Shown here in pieces: positions 42,282-52,934 of a stretch of 64,000 bases of DNA. Position 1 is the first letter of the stretch, and each line of letters starts with the position of its first letter. The notes beneath the pieces were generated by a model, which was not told where the DNA came from, made no database searches, and saw only the letters and a list, made by a program, of their open reading frames with translations. The stretch covers positions 1 through 64,000 of the forward strand of contig CAWDYC010000010.1 in assembly GCA_963806535.1 (NCBI GenBank), given 5' to 3'. Origin of the DNA: Candidatus Bathyarchaeota archaeon. GTDB taxonomy: Archaea; Thermoproteota; Bathyarchaeia; Bathyarchaeales; Bathycorpusculaceae. Made by a program: the position numbers and the translations under genes.

Positions 42282-43208
42282 GTGTTATTAATCGAAGCTA
42301 TCTTCATAGTGTTGGGTTTAATTGTTTTTGAGGTAGTCAACAGCATAGACAACGCTATTGTTAATGCACATGTTCTACAAACGATGGGGGCTCTATGGCG
42401 AAGACGTTTTCTTCTTGTGGGCATTGTGACATCTGTTTTTCTGGTTCGGTTTCTGCTCCCACTATTTATCGTCTGGATTTCAGTACCTAATATCTCGTTG
42501 AACACCCTTTTCGCCAGTTTTTATGGAGGAAACGACGTTGCAGCTAACGCCATTGCCACCCAAAAACCTGTCATCCTTATTTTTGGAGGAGTTTTCCTAT
42601 TGTACCTTTATTTTCATTGGCTTTTTGTGGAAAACAAAGACCCATTGTACATTGAGCGTTTTCTTAAAGCTAAACATGGAGTTTGGTTCTTCGGATTTAC
42701 TGCCGTTATTCTTGTAGTTGTTATGTATTTTGCAAGAGCAAATCCGATGATGATGCTTGCAGCCGCAATCGGCTCTGCAACATTTTTCCTTCTCAATGGG
42801 CTCAAGGAAACAGCTGAATCAAACGGAAAAAACGTCCAAACTCCCTATATGAGCGATTTATCCAAATTCGTTTATCTTGAGGTGTTAGATGCTACTTTCA
42901 GTTTTGATGGTGTCATCGGCTCCTTTGCCTTCACGATTAACTTGTTGCTTATCTTCATAGGGATTGGTATTGGCGCGGTTGTTGTTCGGCAGTTAACTGT
43001 TAAGGGGATTGATCAAGTTGGGAAGTATCGTTATCTGAAGAATGGGGCATTAACTTCAATTGGGTTCTTGGGTTTGTTTATGACTGTTGAAGCATTTGGC
43101 CTTGAAATGCCTTCATACGTGCCAATAATTGTCACACTGCTGCTGGTCGGCGTAGCGTTTTGGAAGTCAAGACAACTGCTAACCAAACAACCCAAAAAAC
43201 CAACCTAA
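42282..43208 (+). CDS. DUF475 (TerC-related) membrane protein
   Basis: SIDNAIVNA, YLEVLDATFSFDGVIG, YLKNGA. Confidence 0.88.
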   Translation: MLLIEAIFIVLGLIVFEVVNSIDNAIVNAHVLQTMGALWRRRFLLVGIVTSVFLVRFLLPLFIVWISVPNISLNTLFASFYGGNDVAANAIATQKPVILIFGGVFLLYLYFHWLFVENKDPLYIERFLKAKHGVWFFGFTAVILVVVMYFARANPMMMLAAAIGSATFFLLNGLKETAESNGKNVQTPYMSDLSKFVYLEVLDATFSFDGVIGSFAFTINLLLIFIGIGIGAVVVRQLTVKGIDQVGKYRYLKNGALTSIGFLGLFMTVEAFGLEMPSYVPIIVTLLLVGVAFWKSRQLLTKQPKKPT

Positions 43209-43225
43209 AACACGGAGAACAACAA
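43176..43225 (+). repeat. Partial core R14 overlapping the DUF475 stop codon
   Basis: CTGCTAACCAAAC..AAAAAACCAACCTAAAACACGGAGAACAA. Confidence 0.55.
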
Positions 43226-43296
43226 CTTCAATTTTGAAGTAAAAAATTTGATATGCATCTTAACACAATATAAACTCAAGCAAGGAGGCGAATTAT

Positions 43297-44661
43297 GTGG
43301 ATTTTAACCTGTATTACAGGCTTAGCGATGACAAGTCTAATTTAAAGGCTGAGGGGGAAGCGAAAGCTGCCCTTGACGAGAACTATTTGACTCTCACAGT
43401 TGACTTTGGCGATCCTCTTTTATTTTCATATGCTGACATAACTGGAATTGTAGATAACGATTACACGGTTGATATAACGTTAACCTCTGACGAAAAGCTG
43501 ACTTTGACGCGTTTAGGCTACCAATATGAGGATTTCTTGTTTCAACTCTTTAAACTCCGAAACGAACTATTGCTGAAATATTTGTTGATGCAGGAATCGT
43601 TACTTCTAGCAGGATTTGAAGGTCAATATTCATCGGTTTCCTCGACGGGGCAGACTAAAACTGGGCGGTGTGAAATCCGACTCTACGATACTGGACTGGT
43701 GATTCTTCCACAGAAAGCGGATCCGATTCGTACTCCGTACTGTTACATTTCCCAAATAACCAAAGGCGACTACAAATTATTGATAATCGACGAATTCGCA
43801 AATAAAATAGAGATCACCCAATTAGGCCCAAACTTCGACCCGCTATCAAAAGCCCTCTCAGAAGCCTTCAACAAAATGATAACTAGAACACAAGAAAACG
43901 TGAAGGAGCTGATACCAGAAGCAGATCCTGTTACCATACGAAAACTTGCATCTCTAATGAAGGATGGTCGAGCAGCAAAAAGAAAAGACATTGAATCGCT
44001 ATCATCCGAATTTTGGCATCGGCTGGCAAAAAGAATTGATGAAGCAAACCTCAAAACAGAATATGACTTCTTAGATTCTCTTTCAATGAAAGATCAAGAA
44101 TGTGTCGGACAAAAACGTGGGCTCATGGGTAATTTAACTGGTTATTACACATGGTTTCTGTTTCCTCTTCGCGTTCACAACCCAAATAGATTAGGCAACA
44201 TGGTTGCCATGGAAGCCTTCAACAATACCAAAGACAAAGAAAATCAAGTACAACAAGACACAACAGAAAACGAAGATACATCAGATGGCCAGCCGAAAAA
44301 CGAAAACAACGCAGCAACCACCACAGGCGCAACCTATCTCTTTCAAATTTTGGGACAGAAAGAGTATTCTCAAGCTAAAGATGAAGAGCTAGCTGGAAAA
44401 CTGGATGACTTCATAAAAAGTATTAACCGAGCAATGATTGATATTAACTTCAGAAGAGAACCAATTTACCTTTCAGATAACCAGCTGGACAGCACAAAAT
44501 ATGTACAATACCGCTTTGCTATTCAAAACATACCTTCACTTAGACTTCTAAGAAGTCTTTTTACTGCGAGAGTTGTGCACTCTTCACCTGAGCGATGGAA
44601 GAGTGACATCTCTAGTTTATTAGCTAATACAACCAAAAGCTTTGATGACAAAGAAAAATAG
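43297..44661 (+). CDS. Hypothetical protein, possibly with tandem PH-like domains
   Basis: 454-aa ORF, GGAGG SD; two repeats ending T.LG..Y/F. Confidence 0.7.
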   Translation: MDFNLYYRLSDDKSNLKAEGEAKAALDENYLTLTVDFGDPLLFSYADITGIVDNDYTVDITLTSDEKLTLTRLGYQYEDFLFQLFKLRNELLLKYLLMQESLLLAGFEGQYSSVSSTGQTKTGRCEIRLYDTGLVILPQKADPIRTPYCYISQITKGDYKLLIIDEFANKIEITQLGPNFDPLSKALSEAFNKMITRTQENVKELIPEADPVTIRKLASLMKDGRAAKRKDIESLSSEFWHRLAKRIDEANLKTEYDFLDSLSMKDQECVGQKRGLMGNLTGYYTWFLFPLRVHNPNRLGNMVAMEAFNNTKDKENQVQQDTTENEDTSDGQPKNENNAATTTGATYLFQILGQKEYSQAKDEELAGKLDDFIKSINRAMIDINFRREPIYLSDNQLDSTKYVQYRFAIQNIPSLRLLRSLFTARVVHSSPERWKSDISSLLANTTKSFDDKEK

Positions 44662-44677
44662 AAAAAGAGGACTTGAA

Positions 44678-45004
44678 ATGCCAGGTTATAAGCATCCTTG
44701 CAAATACTGCGGCAAACTCGTCGACGCAGACGATAATGTTTGCCCTTACTGCGGAAAAGTTAACCCTGTAGGACCTATCAGGTGCCCAAAATGTCGCAAT
44801 CCAACAGAGATTGGTCAAATCAAATGCAGCAACTGCGGTCTAACGCTTAAAATCAACTGTCCTCACTGTGGAAAACCTACTTTCTTCGGAGATTACTGCG
44901 AAAACTGTAACCAAAGACTCACTGTTACCTGCCCCAAATGCAAAACTGAGCAGCCACCGTTGCAACAGAAATGTATAAAATGCGGCAAAATGTTAAGCTT
45001 TTAA
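44678..45004 (+). CDS. Multi zinc-ribbon (DZR-like) protein
   Basis: Eight CxxC motifs; ATG after GAGG. Confidence 0.85.
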   Translation: MPGYKHPCKYCGKLVDADDNVCPYCGKVNPVGPIRCPKCRNPTEIGQIKCSNCGLTLKINCPHCGKPTFFGDYCENCNQRLTVTCPKCKTEQPPLQQKCIKCGKMLSF

Positions 45005-45010
45005 TAGAGA

Positions 45011-45679
45011 ATGGATAAAATGTCACTCCAGCCTTTTACAAGAAATTATCAAGATAACAGCACTGATGCTGGTTTTCAATTTACTTTTAATTGCGATATA
45101 TGTGGTGATGGTTACAAAACAGCATTTATTGCAAGCAAAACATATAAAAAACGAGGCTTCTGGCGGGGCATAGGTCAAGTCGCTTCTATAGGTTCTGAAT
45201 TGGCCGGGCGAGGCAGTGGTTACACAATGCAAAGAGGCGCAGATGCCATGAGCGAAAGATTCCAAGGTATGACTCCAGAATGGCATAAGGAACATGAGCA
45301 AGCATTTGAATTAGCGCAAAACGAAGCCAAAGGCCACTTTCATAGATGCCCAAGATGCCACAAATATGTTTGCGAAGATGATTGGAACGAGCAAGAAGGT
45401 CTATGCGTTGAAGACGCCCCAAGGGAGAGCACTGAAGTTGCCGCTGCCCGAGCAGAAAAGATGGTTACAGACATAAAGCAAAAAGCCGAAAATACGCAGG
45501 TTTACACAGGTGAAATAACTCAAAGACAGACTCTCTGCCCAGTATGCGGAAAACCAGCTGGATCAGGTAAGTTCTGCAATAATTGTGGAGCGCCACTCGG
45601 TTTAAAAGTGTGCCCTAAATGTGGTGCGAAAAATCCGGTTACAACCAACTTCTGCGGTGAATGCGGAACAAAACTTTAG
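45011..45679 (+). CDS. Zinc-ribbon domain protein
   Basis: FQFTFNCDICG, CPRC..C..C, C-terminal double zinc ribbon. Confidence 0.85.
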   Translation: MDKMSLQPFTRNYQDNSTDAGFQFTFNCDICGDGYKTAFIASKTYKKRGFWRGIGQVASIGSELAGRGSGYTMQRGADAMSERFQGMTPEWHKEHEQAFELAQNEAKGHFHRCPRCHKYVCEDDWNEQEGLCVEDAPRESTEVAAARAEKMVTDIKQKAENTQVYTGEITQRQTLCPVCGKPAGSGKFCNNCGAPLGLKVCPKCGAKNPVTTNFCGECGTKL

Positions 45680-45721
45680 CGCAATTAAGACCAAGGCCTC
45701 AGCATTAACTTCAAATCTTTT

Positions 45722-45855
45722 TTTAACTTTTCTTTTTGGACTAATTTTGACTTTTCTTGACTTATTTTAACTTTTATTGGCTTTTTTTGACGCATTCTGA
45801 AAACAAATTGAACCCTAAACCACAAAAGCAACTCGAAATACAAAGAACAAATTTA
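45722..45855 (+). repeat. Phased-array/core element R15 (last clear + copy)
   Basis: ttgac/ttaac units every 10 bp, then GACGCATTCTGAAAAC..AAAAGCAACTCGAAATACAAAGAACAAA. Confidence 0.85.
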
Positions 45856-45954
45856 CCACCCTGCCCAGAACTCACTAGGCCATAATGCATTTCTTTTTCG
45901 ATATTGACAAATTATTAAAGTAACATTGCTCGTAATTGGCAGGTGGGATACGCA

Positions 45955-47760
45955 ATGTCAGCTAAACTTACGTTTTACGGAGGAGTCGACGAGATCGGCG
46001 GCAACAAAATCTTGCTCCAGACAGAAGATGGCTCTGTTCTTCTTGATTTTGGACGCAGAATGGGCGAATACAGCAAATTCTTTTCAGAGTTTCCTTCAAG
46101 CACGCAGCAAAAATGCGTTACGAGATATGCTTAGGCTGGGGATTTTGCCTAAAATCGACGGCGTTTACACGCCCTACTTGGTTGATATGACAGTTTTGTT
46201 TGAGAACGATAAGGTTAGAGATAAAGTTCCTTTAGGTGAAGCTTTGGATTATTGGAAAACCACAGATGTTTGTCCATGCAATTCTGAGTATCCTGCGGTT
46301 GACGGTGTTTTTGTTTCACATGCCCATTTTGATCATATTCAAGATGTCAGTTTCCTTGATCCCTGCATTCCAGTTTTCTGCACAGAAAAGACGAAGGTTT
46401 TGGCAAAGGCGATGACTGATGTTTCAGTCTCTGGCGTGGATGATCAGTACTTACAAAGTTGCTAAGAAAGTAACCATTAAACAGAAAGAACATTGTTTAA
46501 GACTCTGTGTCCGGGCGAATGCGCATGCTGTGAAGAAAAAGAAGCTGAGCACCCGATTATTGAAGATCCCAAAAACCAAATTCAAATTTACCTATGACAT
46601 TGCTCCTCAATATAGAACATTTAACACAGCTTCTGAAGGGCAGATCAAAGGCATCAAGTACAAGATGATTCCTGTTGGGCATTCGGTACCGGGCGCCTGC
46701 TCAATACTTCTCACCCTTCCAAACGGCAAACGCATCTCTATACACTGGAGACGTGAGATTTCACGGAGCAAATGAGGTTTCAATCGATGATTATGTTCAC
46801 TCAATTGGCGGACCAGTTGACGTCTTAATTACTGAAGGAACCAGAGTTAACAAAGAAGAGGTTTTAACAGAAAACGAAGTTGAAAAAGAAATCAGCGACA
46901 GACATTAGTCAAGCCGAAGGGTTGGTTCTCATAAATTTCGGTTGGAAAGACCTAACACGTTTCAACACTGTTTACCAAGCAACAAAAGAAAATAAACGAA
47001 CCCTCTTAATTTCACCCAAACTAGCATACCTGCTTTACGAAATGCACTTCAATTTTCCAACAGAATATGCAGACCCAAGAAAGATGCCTAATCTAAAAGT
47101 CTATTTGAAAAGAGAAGGCGACCTACTCTACTCAAAAGCCGATTACGACAAGTACAGCATGGGCTACCTACATTTTCATGGAAGAAACATTGCACAAGAT
47201 GACCGAAATATTGTACGTGTAGCCGAAAGACTTGGAGTAGGCGGCAACCCAAACAACCCCAAAAACCCCTTGCCAAAAACAAGCGAGCAAGAACCCTACG
47301 ATTACAAAGAGCTCTATGAGTTAGCAACCCATCACTTAGATAATGGAGTAAGAGCATATCAAATTAGGAAGAACCCCAAGCAAGTATGTTTTGATGTTTT
47401 CTTATTGGGATGCAAATGAACTCTTCGACTTAATTCCAATAGATAACAACGCGAAGACACGTGTATATTTCGGCTTCAACTGAGCCCTTCAATGAAGAAA
47501 TGGAGATTGACGAATCCAAAATGGTGAATTGGCTGGATTTCTTCAATATCAATTATGATTATGAAACAAAAGATAAACAGAAATTCTTTGTCAGAAGACA
47601 TGTTTCAGGACATGCATCAAAAAACGAATTGAAAGAACTGATAGACAAGATAAACCCAAAAACAATAATTCCCATTCATACAACCCATCCAAAGCTGTTT
47701 GAGGATATGTTTCCTGGGAGAGTAATTTTGCCCAAATATGCTCAACCAATTGAAATATAG
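45955..47760 (+). CDS. Metallo-beta-lactamase/beta-CASP nuclease (RNase J-like), split by several indels
   Basis: GGVDEIGGN, LDFG, SHAHFDH, HSVPG, YTGDVRFHG, EGT, HVSGHA, IPIHT. Confidence 0.85.
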
Positions 47761-47861
47761 AACACAAAAATTGAAGAATGCACTTAAGCGCTTGATTATG
47801 GAAAACCTTTATAACTTAAAAAAGTCATCAGGGATTCACTCCAACTCGAAGTGAACATAAC

Positions 47862-48771
47862 TTGAAAAAGATAATAGCCATCGTAATCATTGCAGCCTTA
47901 GTTTTAGCTGCGTTTACCATTGCTTGCAGGAAATGTAAAAGCGCAGTCTTCGGAAGTTACCGTTATAACTTACAGTCAATATGTTGCTCCCTCAACCGCA
48001 ACCATAGCATTGGCACCTGGCGATTTAATTGTGGTCGGTGAGGTACGGAATATCGGTGCAAACATTGTTGATAATGTGACTGTTCAAGGAACAGCTTTAG
48101 GCGCCAATGGACAGACTTTGGCTATAACCAGTTCGCAAGCATTTGTGTATTATATGGCTCCTGGTCAGAAAGCTCCTTTCTACCTCGATTTTACTGCTCA
48201 AAGCAGCTCAACTCAAGACCTAAGCTTGGGTTCCCTCAGTAACCCATGTTCTGGTAACAGTTACTTCCGTTCAAGATGTTAACCCAGCAGACAATATGCA
48301 GATGCAAAAGTTGCCTATGACATGAATTACACGGATAATTCAGGTCTTTATGTTGTTCGCGGAACAGTTGTGAATAACTGGCAACATCTGGTAGCTCAGC
48401 AACCTTGGGTTGTAACGACTTTCTATGATGCTTCTGGAACCGTTGTAGGTTTGAATTTCACTAATTTCTTAACCAGCTACGCTTTCACCTAATGGCGGAG
48501 ATCTGTTTTTATGCCGTTCCTGCTGACAACAATACTGCAATTAACAAGTGAAATAAAGAGTTATTCATTTCAAGTTGACTCATTAACCCTAACTAACCAA
48601 ACATCCCCCCAACGTCTACTCCAACCTCCTCAGGCTCAGCTTGCACCAACAGGGCAAATCCCAATCCTACCAATAGTAATCGTTGTAGTGCTCGTTGTAG
48701 TTGCTGTCGCCGCTTTGATGCTGTTTAGAAGTCGCAGAAAGCCGTTGCCGCCTCCGCCGCCAACTGAATAA
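47862..48771 (+). CDS. Secreted FxLYD-like domain protein with C-terminal TM, frameshifted
   Basis: Signal peptide, VVGEVRN, PGQKAPF, TFYDASG, TM + RRK + poly-Pro. Confidence 0.65.
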
Positions 48772-48869
48772 ATTTTGCTTCACGAACCTGTTGATTTTTT
48801 CAATTAGTTTCTAAAATTTTCTCAATAAAATAGTTTTAAAAGTTTTAACAAAGTCAAGGTTATTTTTTC

Positions 48870-50225
48870 TTAGGTGCTGTGGAAATTTTCGAGTTGTATT
48901 TTATAGTTGCTCCGTTTCCAAATGAAGTCGTAGGCGTTATGTTGTGGATCTAAAGTGTCAATTGTTCCTAGTAATTCGTCGGGCACGATAAGCATAAGGC
49001 AGAAGTAGTCGCCGTATTGTTGACGGAAGCTTTTGAGTTTGTTTAGAAATTCGGATAGGTTGGCCTTGACGCCGTGCGGTTCAAGTAGAATCTTCCTGCC
49101 GTTGTGTGTTAATTGTGGCAAGAGAAAGTCTGGTTTGTAAGTTAATGAAACATCTGGATTGGTTTGGGGTAGGTAGAATTCCATGAATTCGTAGTAGAAG
49201 ATAACCTGTTTGTCCTTTAGAAACTCGTAGACATCTTTTTCCATCAGAGTGAATGCACCAGGCTCAATGCGTTCGCCAATCCGATTGTAATGATAAACCA
49301 CTGTTAAATAGCGCATAAGGGGCCCAAGTAACTCCTGATTTTTCTGAATAAAAAACCGCAGCGACCGCTCAAGAGAAATCGGCGTTAAATCGGAGTATTC
49401 TAGCCATGTACCCAAAATAAAAAAGGGAAAATCTATTTTAGCTGGGTCTTCGGGAAAAAGTGAACTTGCAAACTGGGTTAGTTTTTCTGCATCAGCATCA
49501 AATTCAGCAGTGTTTTCCCACCAGCTATCAGGTTTGTTTTTGCTGTTTAATTTGAAGGGTAAATTTTCGTCATTACTTAAACCTAGCGCTACGTAGACTC
49601 TGAATTTAGGGGTGGTAAGAGAAACCATCAAATCTTTTGGGTCAAACTTGAAAAGTCCTAGATCAGGCGAACTTCTTACCATCCAGCGTAGATACAGCCA
49701 GGACTTCGATTTATGCTGCTTATTCATCCTCTTAACAACGTAAGATAGGGTTTCAACAAAGTCTTTTGGTTTCCTGCCCCTTAGGCTTAACTTGGATGTG
49801 TAATCTATTAAATCTCCCTGAGCTTTCTTAGCGACAAATTGATTAACCGAGCACAACACCTCTGGAATTTCAGCTTTCTCTTTTCCTAAGCGGTCGAGAT
49901 TCTCTATTTTTCGTTCAAATTTGTCAACTTCACGCTTGAACTCCAGTGGATCCGCTATATTGTAGAGCTTGTGTCCGAACACTTCGGAAAGATGACTTAG
50001 CAATAACTGGATGTTTCTGGGGTTTCCTGTTAGCTGGTAGTCGCTAAGTGCGGCTGCAAGCAAAAAGTAGTGTGCCGCCTCTTTTTTTGCTTCATCGCTG
50101 TTTAATGGCATGAATGAGGGTTTAGGATGCAGATGTAGATCAAGCTCTAAATCTGTGACGGTACTGTATGTTTTGACAAAACTGACAATCAAATCTCTTA
50201 AGTCCTGAGAAACCTGAGTAGCCAT
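48870..50225 (-). CDS. DUF2400/HhH-like domain fused to a C-terminal PD-(D/E)XK-like nuclease
   Basis: KSWLYLRWMVR..PDLGL, DPAKIDF; C-terminal YKPDFLL..ILLEPHG. Confidence 0.65.
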   Translation of the reverse strand: MATQVSQDLRDLIVSFVKTYSTVTDLELDLHLHPKPSFMPLNSDEAKKEAAHYFLLAAALSDYQLTGNPRNIQLLLSHLSEVFGHKLYNIADPLEFKREVDKFERKIENLDRLGKEKAEIPEVLCSVNQFVAKKAQGDLIDYTSKLSLRGRKPKDFVETLSYVVKRMNKQHKSKSWLYLRWMVRSSPDLGLFKFDPKDLMVSLTTPKFRVYVALGLSNDENLPFKLNSKNKPDSWWENTAEFDADAEKLTQFASSLFPEDPAKIDFPFFILGTWLEYSDLTPISLERSLRFFIQKNQELLGPLMRYLTVVYHYNRIGERIEPGAFTLMEKDVYEFLKDKQVIFYYEFMEFYLPQTNPDVSLTYKPDFLLPQLTHNGRKILLEPHGVKANLSEFLNKLKSFRQQYGDYFCLMLIVPDELLGTIDTLDPQHNAYDFIWKRSNYKIQLENFHST

Positions 50226-50347
50226 ACCTCATAATTGTGTTTCTACTTTTAATTGTTTTTTGTATGGACAATTTGTTTTTGGAAAAAGAAATGAAAGTGT
50301 TTCCTAAGCTGATGAAATAAAGTCTTAAGATTTATACAGGCTTGATT

Positions 50348-50413
50348 TTATTTGCCTGTTTTTGCTTCATGCTTTGCTTTTTTGGCAGCATTCTTCTTTT
50401 TTAATGATGGCAT
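50348..50413 (-). CDS. Candidate 21-aa basic peptide MPSLKKKNAAKKAKHEAKTGK
   Basis: ATG..TAA ORF with AGGA and a BRE/TATA-like GAAAAGTCTTTTTAG upstream. Confidence 0.4.
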   Translation of the reverse strand: MPSLKKKNAAKKAKHEAKTGK

Positions 50414-50576
50414 AGTCCTAAGTGTGTTGATGAAGCTAAAAAGACTTTTCGCCAATTGCAAACCCAGTTTCCCAGACTTAACGCTCATCCTCGGACTGTA
50501 AGCTAAAAGATTCTTGTTTTCGGAGCTAACTTTATGCTTTTTCGAACTGTTGTTTTCTTGGTTGTCATTGTGGGTT

Positions 50577-50786
50577 TCATATTCTTGAAAAGTATTCTAG
50601 TGGAGAATACCAGTAAATCGTTATAGATTTTTTGCAGTCTGGTTTTTGGCACTTATGATTCTTCTTTACAATTCTCCCATAATAACTCTCGCGCATAGGC
50701 TTCACAAGCGAAAATGCGTTATGCAGTTTATCCGGCGGGTCAACTTCCAGAATTTCAAAACAGAAGGGGCATTCAATAGTTGCCAC
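50577..50786 (-). CDS. Small zinc-finger hypothetical protein
   Basis: CPFC..C...C; GAGGG upstream. Confidence 0.7.
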   Translation of the reverse strand: MATIECPFCFEILEVDPPDKLHNAFSLVKPMRESYYGRIVKKNHKCQKPDCKKSITIYWYSPLEYFSRI

Positions 50787-50949
50787 AACACACCCTCACA
50801 AATAAATATATCAGTCTATGCTAAAAGATTTTTCGCATTGAAATAGAAGAGAACCAACGGTCTTGTTAGAGCTGAATTAATTAAGTGTTATTTTGGTTGT
50901 TGAAATTTGAAAGGTTAAGTTAATGAGATCGCAATTTTGTTGCTTTTTC

Positions 50950-51036
50950 GGCAAATTTTTTGGGTTTGTTTTTGGTTTGCTTTTTTGTTCAGGGCTTAAA
51001 ATCTTTGCAGGTAGGTTCATTATTAGACAAAATTAG
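50950..51036 (-). repeat. Phased-array/core element R16 (first clear - copy)
   Basis: 70-bp perfect reverse complement of 40846-40915. Confidence 0.92.
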
Positions 51037-51710
51037 GCATTCTTCGACAATATGTTTTGGTGCCAGATGGATAAAACGGATAGGGTACGTCAATTCTTAG
51101 AGCCCTCCAAATACTATTCCCATATTTGAAGCAACCCAATAAGAATAAGAACTCTCAATGTGATAAGAGCCAGATTGAGCGTTAATGTTTTTCTCCAATC
51201 CTTAATTTTCTGACCCAAAAAATTATAGCAAGGCAGGTATAACACGATTACCCAAAACTAACCGTAAACATTGCCTACGGGAGAGCCAAACCATACGCTT
51301 TGAGGCGTCCAGACCCAAAAACCAAAGACTTTAGCCGTCGGCTCTAAAAGAAAAAAATCAAACAGCAGTAGAGGAAAACTAGCGGCAATCGCTATGATTA
51401 CTGAATTTTTGAATTGCGACTTCCTGTAACAAACAATAGCTAATATACATCAGCGCGGCCCAAGCAAAAGAAATATTTAGAGGCACATTTGCAACGTAGA
51501 CCAGAAAGCCTTTGCCATAATTGTATCTACAGAAAACTTCTTGGGATGTATATTCAAGCAGAATCCTCCAACCACCGCAGGCAAAAAGAAAGAAACCGAA
51601 CGCTTAACCCCTATCCGCCTAATAGAGAAACCAACCGCAAACGCAAAAAAGTGAACCAAATAACTTCGTATAAAACAAAAATCAGATGCTCTAAAGCTGT
51701 CTCCTAAATC
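51033..51710 (-). pseudogene. Frameshifted CruF/DUF422-like membrane protein
   Basis: Joined frames give LLEY..RYNY..ANVPL..AWA..DF.LEP....GFWVW...WFGSPVGN; an in-frame stop and indels could be errors. Confidence 0.55.
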
Positions 51711-51816
51711 TTAGACTTAATATTTCCAAATAAACAGAGAACCTCAAAACAAGCGATGTTTTTATCCTCTCTAGTTTTGGCAGCATTGCATTTAACATTT
51801 TACAGATATCTTTGGG

Positions 51817-52442
51817 TTAGGAAAACTTTGGTGTGCGTTGGGATTCTAAACTGTTCTTTGTGCTCCAGTTAGCGCATACTGTTAGAGATTGATCCATTAA
51901 ACCTTGACAGTATTTGCAGGGAATCATTACAACTGTGCGTATAACTTCTCTTTGAACTGCAGCAGCCTGAACTGTTGGTGCTATAACTTGGATTTCGCAG
52001 GTTTGGCTTGTACGGTCAGGTCTTCCGTCTAGAGCGAGCACGCCTTTGATGGTCCAAGTGACTCTCGCGGTCATAGCCTGAACACGTTGGAGATGCTACA
52101 GCTGGAATGTTTACGTTGATTGGAAAGTTTCGGTTATCTCCTTTTACAAAATTTGTTGGTCCTGCAAGCGAAGGTTTCATAGTTACAGATTATGGTTGTT
52201 TCTTCAACTATCTTGGGAATAGAAGTTTTAAGGGCAGGATCGTAGACGTTCTTTAAAACTTTAGCTTGTTGAGTGCATAGAATTTCACATCGTACTTCCG
52301 TTGTTTGAAAGTCTTCTTGTGATTGTACATTGAGGTTTCCCAGTAGGCTTTCTCCTAAGGAAACAGAATAATTGGAAAGGTTCAAATGAACAATAGCTTC
52401 AGGAGCTGTAAGCTTATCTGTGAATTTCTTCAAGAAACACAA
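51817..52442 (-). CDS. Arrestin/SpoOM-like protein with C-terminal Zn ribbon, frameshifted
   Basis: G.L.V.S.EDF..TEVRCEI; VTWTIKGV..LDGRPD; CKYC. Confidence 0.55.
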
Positions 52443-52934
52443 AATAACACCTGCAAGTTGTTTTCCATTGATAATTCAATCTTTACCTTTTAAGATTTAT
52501 GAATATTAGATAAAACTTAACTACGATCCTATCGTGACAAAGGTAATGTCTATTAACGTTCTTAACTGATATCTTCAAGTCAGTTTTTGAAAGCTCTTCA
52601 AGACTTTTCTTTTGTCCAAATAACTTATCAGAATCACCATTAGAAAAACAAGTAGAATTGCAGCTAGAATAGTTGAGAAAATAGCAAGATAAATATCGAT
52701 ATATAATTTTCAGAAATATGTACCCATAAAAATTACTTACTGAACCAAAAACAAAAAACGCTTCTAAAGCCTAAAAGCCCAACTAACGGTTAAGCGATCT
52801 TTAGTTTTTTGGTTTAACGGCTTAATCTTCCTTCTCCCTTCGGAGAACCTTTACTTGGAAGAGACATAAATAGAGTTACAAAACTAAAAAAGTTAACTAA
52901 AAAAGCTTTGACGTCGGGCGATTAAACTTTTCTG

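Noticed and set aside
48781-48870. Possible degenerate minus-strand element copy
   Set aside because: Weak phasing and no CCTGC anchor, so it was not used to narrow the switch point.
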